Shown in pieces: positions 58,392-64,000 of a stretch of DNA of 64,000 nucleotides (within the stretch, counting starts at the first letter, position 1; the number at the start of each line of letters is the position of its first letter). The stretch is from positions 13,277 to 77,276 of the forward strand of contig CAUJDI010000045.1 in assembly GCA_963169565.1 (NCBI GenBank). Direction: 5' to 3'. This stretch comes from Bacillota bacterium (GTDB lineage Bacteria; Bacillota; Clostridia; Christensenellales; Aristaeellaceae). A model generated the notes under the pieces. It was given only the letters and a program-made list of their open reading frames with translations, was not told the DNA's origin and searched no databases. The position numbers and the translations under genes are program-made.

Positions 58392-59369
58392 TTACTTGCC
58401 GATCTCTTCGGCGAAGGGCAGGAGGTCCCCGGGAATTTCCAGGCCGATCTCATCGCAGAAGGTTTTGTTGATGAGGAACTGGAAATCAGTCTGCGACTGG
58501 ATGGGCATTTCAGAGACCACAGCTTCCCCGCGCAGCAGCGTAGCCGCCATCCTGCCGGTCTGTTCGCCCAGGTTGAAGTAGCTGATGCCCAGGGTGAAGG
58601 TGCCGCCGCCGCGGACCATGCCTTCCTCGCCGCAGGCGATGGGGATTTTCCTGTTGAGCGCTTCCTCCGCCACCAGGGCCATGGAGGAGGCGATGATGTT
58701 GTCGGTGGGGACATACAGTACGTCGCACTGTTCCAGGATGCTGACGGCAGCCTGCTGGACGTCGTTGGAGTTGTTGACGGTGACCTCCACCACCTTCATC
58801 CCCAGCTTCTCCGCCTCAACTTTGGCGATATCAGCCTGGACGCGGGAGTTGACTTCGCTGCCGGTAAACAGCAGGCCCAGGGTCTGGGCGTCCGGGACCA
58901 TCTTCTTGACCATGGCGATCTGGTCTGCCACCGGATTCATGTCCGTCGTGCCGGAGACGTTGAAGCCGGGGGCTTCATTGCTGCTGACCAGGTTGGCGGC
59001 GACATAGTCGGTGACTGCGGTGCCCAGGATCGGGATACTGTCCGTCTTGCCCGCAAGGGCCTGCACGGCGGGTGTCGCGATGCCAAGCACCAGGTCCACC
59101 CCGTCGGCGATGAACTTGTCGGCGATGGAAGCGCAGATGTCCTGCGCGGCCTGCCCGTTCTGGTAATCAATGGTGACGTTCTCACCGTCCACAAAGCCTT
59201 CCGCGGCCAGACCCGCCAGGAAGCCCTCACGCGCTGCGTCCAGCGCAGGATGCTGCACAAACTGGAGGATGCCGATGAGCGGCTTTTCACCCTCCCCGAG
59301 CGCATAACCGGGCACAAGCAGCGCAGCGACCAGTATCAGGGACAGCACCAGGGTCAACAACTTTTTCAT
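58392..59369 (-). CDS. ABC substrate-binding protein (ABC_sub_bind family), copy 1
   Basis: Signal peptide MKKLLTLVLSLILVAALLVPGYA, 325 aa. RBS AAGGAGGAA. Preceded by T-box leader 1. Confidence 0.88.
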   Translation of the reverse strand: MKKLLTLVLSLILVAALLVPGYALGEGEKPLIGILQFVQHPALDAAREGFLAGLAAEGFVDGENVTIDYQNGQAAQDICASIADKFIADGVDLVLGIATPAVQALAGKTDSIPILGTAVTDYVAANLVSSNEAPGFNVSGTTDMNPVADQIAMVKKMVPDAQTLGLLFTGSEVNSRVQADIAKVEAEKLGMKVVEVTVNNSNDVQQAAVSILEQCDVLYVPTDNIIASSMALVAEEALNRKIPIACGEEGMVRGGGTFTLGISYFNLGEQTGRMAATLLRGEAVVSEMPIQSQTDFQFLINKTFCDEIGLEIPGDLLPFAEEIGK

Positions 59370-59397
59370 TCCGGGTTCCTCCTTAAATATTGTCTGT

Positions 59398-59650
59398 ATA
59401 AATCAAACGCCCCCTGCGAACTGCAGAGGGCGGAAGATCCGCGGTACCACCTCAATTTTCTGTCCGAAGACAGCTCACCGGCAACCATCATTGCCTTCCC
59501 CTGTAACGGGGGGAACCCGGCTCGGCCTACTCCCCTTTCAGCCTGCGGCTCCCGGGATGTACTCGCGCTTGCTTCCCCTGCTGCCTTGCAGCGGCCGGCA
59601 GTTCTCTGAAGGGGTGGTACAAGGGCTACCTGTTCCTGGTCATCGCCTTT
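59398..59650 (-). promoter_or_regulatory. T-box leader 1 (tRNA-sensing transcription attenuator), specifier read as UAC (Tyr)
   Basis: The minus strand carries these elements in order: GCGATGA GA-motif, AGAGA bulge, specifier loop GAG-UAC-A (UAC at 59561..59559), AGUAG, F-box CCGUUA, stem III CUGUC-UUCG-GACAG, T-box AAAUUGAGGUGGUACCGCGG (59457..59439), and terminator CGCCCUCUGC/GCAGGGGGCG plus UUUGAUUU (59432..59398). Putative promoter: TTGAGA (59689..59684), 18 nt spacer, TATGAT (59665..59660). Confidence 0.85.
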
Positions 59651-59818
59651 GATACGGGAATCATAGACTCAAATCACACCGGTTCTCAATGTTCCAATTG
59701 GCCTGTATTTTACCATTTCGCTCTAATCCCCCCGAAAAACAAAGTGAATACAGGAAGGCACGCCCGTTGACGGGCAGAAGCGCGGCGGGTATGATAAACG
59801 ACAGGATCCGGAGGTCGT

Positions 59819-60847
59819 ATGCGAAAAGCCTTTTCCCTTCTCCTGTGCGCCGTCCTTCTATCCGCGTTTTTCCCCGGAACGAAGGGGGACGCGGAGGACG
59901 TTTCATATACCGCGCTGGTCCGCGGCGGGGCGCTGCATCTGCGCGCAAAGCCCGACAAAGGCTCACTTTCCCTGGGCCGGTATCCAAGCGGCACCCGGGT
60001 GAGGGTGCTCGCGGACGGGGATGTTTTCTGCCGCGTCAGGACAGATGAAGGCAATGAAGGGTACATGATGAAGGAGTTTCTCAGTTTTGAAAACGGTCTG
60101 CCGCCGATGGAAACCGTGACCCCTGCCCCGGAACCCACGCCTGACCCGACACGCCTGAGAGCGCTTGAACGCGGAGTCGACCCGAACAGGCCGATGATCG
60201 CCCTCACCTTTGACGACGGGCCGCAGCCCCAGACGCTCAAAGTGCTGGAAATCCTTGAAAAGTACGGCGCAAGGGCCACTTTCTTTATCCTCGGGAAGAA
60301 CATCAAGGGCAATGAGGAGATCCTGAAGCGCGCCTCGGAGGGCGGACACCAGCTTGGCGCGCATTCCTGGTCGCATCCCAATCTCAATGAGATCTCCGAG
60401 TCCGCCGTGCGGTCCCAAATGACGCGCACGATGGACAGGATCTTCGAAATCACCGGGCAGCAGGTCGTCATGATGAGGCCGCCCTACGGGACCAGCAATC
60501 GCCTGTCCCGCAGGCCTCTGACGGATCTCGGCCTGCCCCTGATCCTGTGGTCGGTGGATTCCCTTGACTGGAAGACCCGCAGCGCGTCCAAAACGGTCAG
60601 CACCATCCTCGACGGGGCCGTAAACGGCGCGATCATCCTCTGCCATGACGTGTGGGAGGAGACAGGGGCGGCGATGGAAACCGTCATTCCCAAATTGATC
60701 CAGAGAGGCTACCAGCTGGTGACCGTGGCGGAAATGATGGCATTCCGGGCGGAACCGCTCAGACCCGGCTGGGAATACAGTTTCCTGGACGTCAACAAGA
60801 TCCAGCCGGGCATCACGCCGCTGCCGCATACAACGCCAGCACCTTAG
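59819..60847 (+). CDS. exported SH3b-domain polysaccharide deacetylase (NodB/CE4 family)
   Basis: Signal peptide MRKAFSLLLCAVLLSAFF, an SH3-like segment, then NodB motifs TFDDGP and HSWSHP. Confidence 0.88.
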   Translation: MRKAFSLLLCAVLLSAFFPGTKGDAEDVSYTALVRGGALHLRAKPDKGSLSLGRYPSGTRVRVLADGDVFCRVRTDEGNEGYMMKEFLSFENGLPPMETVTPAPEPTPDPTRLRALERGVDPNRPMIALTFDDGPQPQTLKVLEILEKYGARATFFILGKNIKGNEEILKRASEGGHQLGAHSWSHPNLNEISESAVRSQMTRTMDRIFEITGQQVVMMRPPYGTSNRLSRRPLTDLGLPLILWSVDSLDWKTRSASKTVSTILDGAVNGAIILCHDVWEETGAAMETVIPKLIQRGYQLVTVAEMMAFRAEPLRPGWEYSFLDVNKIQPGITPLPHTTPAP

Positions 60848-60884
60848 GGTTTGCAAACTGATCCGGATACGCTTTCAGGATGGA

Positions 60885-60916
60885 AACAGCGCCGGAGCCT
60901 TTGCCCCGGCGCTGTT
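60885..60916. terminator. bidirectional terminator between the deacetylase gene and SBP copy 2
   Basis: AACAGCGCCGG / CCGGCGCTGTT 11 bp stem with a 10 nt loop. Confidence 0.6.
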
Positions 60917-60935
60917 GATTGCTGGATGCCTCAGT

Positions 60936-61919
60936 TCAGGGATTCGCAGGCGTCTCCATTTCTGTCGCATAGGGCAGGAGATCTTCGGGGATCTCGATCC
61001 CCATCGCGTCATTGGCGGTCTTGTTGATATAGTAGTTGTACTCGCTCTGACGCTGGATAGGCATCTGCGACACGTCCGCGCCGTCCCGAAGCACCGCGAC
61101 CGCCATCTTGCCGGTCTGGTAGCCCAGCTTCTCATAATCGATCCCCAGGGTGAAGTTGCCGCCCTGCAGGACCATGTTGCCGTCCCCGGCGACCACCGGC
61201 ACCTTTGCTCCAAGCGCGACCTCATAGACGATGGGCATGGCGGAGGCCAGCGTGTTGTCTGTCGGGATGTAAAGGGCGTCGCACTGCGCCACAATGGAGG
61301 ACATGGCCTGCTGGACATCGTTGGAGTTGTTGACGGTGGTCTCCTTCCAGGAGAGGCCCAGGCGCTCGATCTCCGCCTTGGCCAGGCGCACCTGCATCTG
61401 GGAGTTGACTTCACTGGCGGTATAGATGATGCCGATGGTTTTCACATCCGGCACCAGGCGCTGGATCATCGCGATCTGGGCTTCCACTGGGTTCATGTCC
61501 GTGGTGCCGGATACGTTGTAACCGGGCACGTCATTGCTCTGAACGAGCTTGGCTTCCACATAATCCGTCACCGCTGTGCCCAGGATCGGGATCGTCTCGG
61601 TCTTGCCGGCCACGGCAAGGGCGGACGGCGTCGCGATGGCCAGGATCAGATCGACGTTCTGGCCGACAAAATAGTCAGCGATGCTGGACAGGGTATCCTG
61701 GTTGCCCTGGGCATTGCGGTAATCCACCGTCATGTTCTGCCCGTCGACATATCCTTCTTCGGCAAGCGCGCGCAGGAAGCCTTCCCGCGCGGCATCCAGC
61801 GCATTGTGGTTGACGATCTGGACGATGCCGATGATCGGCCTGACTGGTTCCGCAAAAGCCGGCAGCACCAAAATACACAGGGAAAGGATCAGAGCCAGGG
61901 TCAGGGTCAGCTTCTTCAT
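60936..61919 (-). CDS. ABC substrate-binding protein (ABC_sub_bind family), copy 2, orphan
   Basis: 327 aa. Colinear by eye with copy 1 along its whole length (shared blocks ALDAAREGF, TAVTDYV, NVSGTTDMNPV, TVNNSNDVQQA, MPIQ). No permease or ATPase gene follows it. RBS AAGGAGGAGAC. Confidence 0.88.
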   Translation of the reverse strand: MKKLTLTLALILSLCILVLPAFAEPVRPIIGIVQIVNHNALDAAREGFLRALAEEGYVDGQNMTVDYRNAQGNQDTLSSIADYFVGQNVDLILAIATPSALAVAGKTETIPILGTAVTDYVEAKLVQSNDVPGYNVSGTTDMNPVEAQIAMIQRLVPDVKTIGIIYTASEVNSQMQVRLAKAEIERLGLSWKETTVNNSNDVQQAMSSIVAQCDALYIPTDNTLASAMPIVYEVALGAKVPVVAGDGNMVLQGGNFTLGIDYEKLGYQTGKMAVAVLRDGADVSQMPIQRQSEYNYYINKTANDAMGIEIPEDLLPYATEMETPANP

Positions 61920-61961
61920 GACGGTCTCCTCCTTGAAAAAATGTGTTTATCCGATTTCCTT

Positions 61962-62212
61962 AACAGAAAACGCCCTCAGCCATCGCTGAGGGCGGATAAA
62001 CCGCGGTACCACCTCAATTTCCTGTCCGAAGACAGCTCCGGGCAACTATCATTGCCTCCCCCGGTAACGGCGGGGCTCCGGCGCGGCCTACTTCACTTTC
62101 AGCCTGCGGCTTCCGGGAGGAACTCACCGTCTTGCTGCCCGCTTCCTCGCACCGCCCGGAAGCTCTCTTGAAGGCCTGCAGGACCGCTACACGTTCCCGG
62201 TCATCGCCACTG
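61962..62212 (-). promoter_or_regulatory. T-box leader 2, specifier read as UUC (Phe)
   Basis: Same architecture as leader 1: GCGATGA, AGAGA, distal GGUGCGA, specifier loop GAG-UUC-C (UUC at 62122..62120), AGUAG, CCGUUA, CUGUC-UUCG-GACAG, T-box AAAUUGAGGUGGUACCGCGG (62019..62001), and terminator CGCCCUCAGC/GCUGAGGGCG plus UUUUCUGUU (61993..61962). Extended -10 TGATACAAT (-10 hexamer TACAAT at 62228..62223). Confidence 0.85.
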
Positions 62213-62321
62213 GAAGAAGCATATTGTATCAATATGCATGAATCAATGTTCTATCCGGTAGAAATTTGGCCGAGAGCGATGAAAACAATGGAAAAACATA
62301 CCGTTCGGTGCATATGGCGCG

Positions 62322-63269
62322 TCATGACGCAACGATTTCCGTTCCCCTCTCCCCCGAGAGCCCCTGAAGCGCCAGGTCCAGCCGGGTGATGATTGCACGG
62401 CGTCCCGTCATGCCCTCCACAAAGCGAAGGGCGGCATCCACCTTGGGGCCCATGGATCCGGCGGCGAAATGCCCCTCGTTGAGGTAGGCCCGCATCGCTG
62501 CGGCAGGGACGCGCGTGAGCACCTTCTGGTTGGGCTTGCCATAGTTCAGGCAGGCGTTCTCCACTTCCGTGAGGATCAGCAGGGTGCTGGCATCCAGGCC
62601 TTCCGCCACGCGCCAGGCGGCCAGGTCCTTGTCGATCACAGCCTCCACGCCGACATACCCCCTTCCCGCCTCATAGACGACCGGGATGCCTCCGCCGCCG
62701 GCCGTCACAGGCACAAAGCCCGCGTCCAGCAGCGTCCTGACCTGGTTCAGTTCCACGACTTCAAGCGGCATCGGGGAGGGAACGACGCGCCGCCAGCCGC
62801 GGCCCGCGTCTTCCCTGAAGACAAAACCCTTCTCCCGCGCGATGCTCTCCGCCTCCTCTCTGGAATAGAAAGGGCCGATGGGTTTGGTGGGATGAAGGAA
62901 GGCCGGGTCGTTCACGTCCACGCGGACCTGCGTGACCAGGGTGACCGGCCGCCCGGGCAGGCCTGCCCGCTCCATCTCCTCGCCGAGGGCCTGCTGGATG
63001 TGGTAGCCGATCATCCCCTGGCTCATCGCGCCGCAGACGTCAAAGGGCATGGGCGGAGTGATTTTCCGCGCGGCTTCATTCTGAAGCGCGATCCGTCCCA
63101 CCTGCGGTCCGTTTCCGTGCACCACCGCCAGGCGCCAGCCGGCTTTCAGAATAGCAAGCAGCTGTGCCGCGGTTTCCCGCACCACCTTCAGCTGGCTATC
63201 GGCGTCAGCGGGCATTCCGGCGCGCTGCAGCGCGTTTCCTCCAAGGGCGATGACGAGGGTCTCAGTCAT
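62322..63269 (-). CDS. arcC: carbamate kinase
   Basis: 315 aa. IALGGNAL and VVHGNGPQVG. Confidence 0.9.
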   Translation of the reverse strand: MTETLVIALGGNALQRAGMPADADSQLKVVRETAAQLLAILKAGWRLAVVHGNGPQVGRIALQNEAARKITPPMPFDVCGAMSQGMIGYHIQQALGEEMERAGLPGRPVTLVTQVRVDVNDPAFLHPTKPIGPFYSREEAESIAREKGFVFREDAGRGWRRVVPSPMPLEVVELNQVRTLLDAGFVPVTAGGGGIPVVYEAGRGYVGVEAVIDKDLAAWRVAEGLDASTLLILTEVENACLNYGKPNQKVLTRVPAAAMRAYLNEGHFAAGSMGPKVDAALRFVEGMTGRRAIITRLDLALQGLSGERGTEIVAS

Positions 63270-64000
63270 GACGTTCGTTCTCCCCGATATTGATATAGGT
63301 CTTCCGGACGTAGGGGCTGGTATAGGCTTTCAGCAGCGCGCCGTATCCCGGGACAAAGTCGAGCGCGTCTCCCACACGGTACGGTTTGGCATGGGTCAGG
63401 TCCGCGATCAGGTGGTCTGAGCTGGCGCCGAGCAGCCTGACGTCCTGATCCGCGGGGAGGAGGCTCTGCGGATCCGTATCCTGCCGGCCGATTGCCAGAA
63501 TGCCCCTTTGCATGAGCCCGAGATCCGGAAAGAAGACCTGCTCGCCAAAGGCGTTGGGCCCCGTGCTGCCCTCGGGTTTGGAGGGCTTGTCCTGCACTTC
63601 GACCAGACGGGCTGACAGAGTAAACACACGTTGGCTCAGCTGAGGAAAAGGCTTTCCGCAGGAGGTGTCCGTGCCCAGCAGCAGGCTCTCCCCGATGCGC
63701 AGCTGGTTGATCCCCGCCGGGAGGCGCCCCTCAAACAGCAGATGGAGCGAGCTGGAATTGCCCCCGGAAACGATCGGCAGCGGGATCCGGAAGGCTTTCC
63801 TGATCTTCTCCGCGATCCCGATCAGAAGACCCAGGTTCCGCTCATCCGGCAGGATCCCCCCAAAACAGGTCAGGTTGGTGCCGACCCCGGCCAGTTCCAG
63901 CCCTTCTTCCCGGACAGCCTCCCCGGCCGTTTCAAGGATCCGCGCCTCATCGCTGTACGGGATCCCCTCCCGCAGATCTCCCAGGTCGATCATCAGGATG
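63262..64000 (-). CDS. alanine racemase-fold PLP enzyme (ornithine/amino-acid racemase or YhfX-like), C-terminal part; 5' end beyond the right edge
   Basis: The frame stays open upstream of the listed Met (63993) to the window end. MIDLGDLREGI and SGGNSSS resemble the alanine/ornithine racemase family. The stop overlaps the arcC start by 8 nt. Confidence 0.6.
   Translation of the reverse strand, partial: ILMIDLGDLREGIPYSDEARILETAGEAVREEGLELAGVGTNLTCFGGILPDERNLGLLIGIAEKIRKAFRIPLPIVSGGNSSSLHLLFEGRLPAGINQLRIGESLLLGTDTSCGKPFPQLSQRVFTLSARLVEVQDKPSKPEGSTGPNAFGEQVFFPDLGLMQRGILAIGRQDTDPQSLLPADQDVRLLGASSDHLIADLTHAKPYRVGDALDFVPGYGALLKAYTSPYVRKTYINIGENERHD

Noticed and set aside
1-64000. A search by eye for CRISPR repeats, tRNA or rRNA genes, IS elements or inverted terminal repeats, integrases, toxin-antitoxin pairs and known defence-system genes.
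   Set aside because: None was found. Intergenic regions are short and are explained by promoters, terminators or the two T-box leaders. The only large repeat is the duplicated SBP plus T-box unit. The SNF2 helicase has no methylase, nuclease or phospholipase partner in the window that would suggest a defence island.

Overview
This is a GC-rich (by eye, not computed), very gene-dense chromosomal segment with about 58 protein-coding genes. I found no rRNA, tRNA, CRISPR array, transposase, integrase or phage gene.

The signals point to a Gram-positive anaerobe of the Clostridia type: two T-box leaders, a CggR-type glycolytic operon, a SpoVK-like ATPase, PPDK plus a PPi-type phosphofructokinase, and NfnAB.

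Content from left to right:
1. A minus-strand degV-pdxK-zupT-SNF2 helicase string (the helicase runs off the left edge and is missing from the ORF track).
2. ppdK.
3. A tandem class II aldolase and a SpoVK-like AAA+ ATPase.
4. A canonical LivJHMGF-type ABC importer.
5. prmA-mtaB-hit.
6. cggR-pgk-tpiA-gpmI.
7. Minus-strand fba-pfp-pfkA.
8. A tight minus-strand string: DUF624, methyltransferase, hslO, HEAT-like protein, Zn-ribbon/TPR protein, ftsH.
9. An orphan PTS EIIC-like gene and a hydrolase.
10. A 10-gene co-directional cluster: thiolase, SDR, atypical KAS III, LivH, LivM-LivG fusion, LivF, binding protein, CoA-transferase, hydrolase, TetR. I cannot map it onto a described pathway, so I rank it as the best candidate for an undescribed system.
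11. murA, a J-domain protein, a DUF45 peptidase and nfnAB.
12. An exported MsrA-rhodanese fusion, then lspA-rluD.
13. An ABC importer with two paralogous binding proteins, each behind its own T-box leader. I read the specifiers as Tyr UAC and Phe UUC.
14. arcC and a partial PLP racemase-like gene.

Many long track ORFs are antisense shadows, as expected in GC-rich DNA. Many real genes start at an internal Met/Val/Leu of the listed ORF, so adjusted starts are given with their RBS evidence.

All function calls come from motif-level recognition by eye. No database search, folding or alignment program was run.
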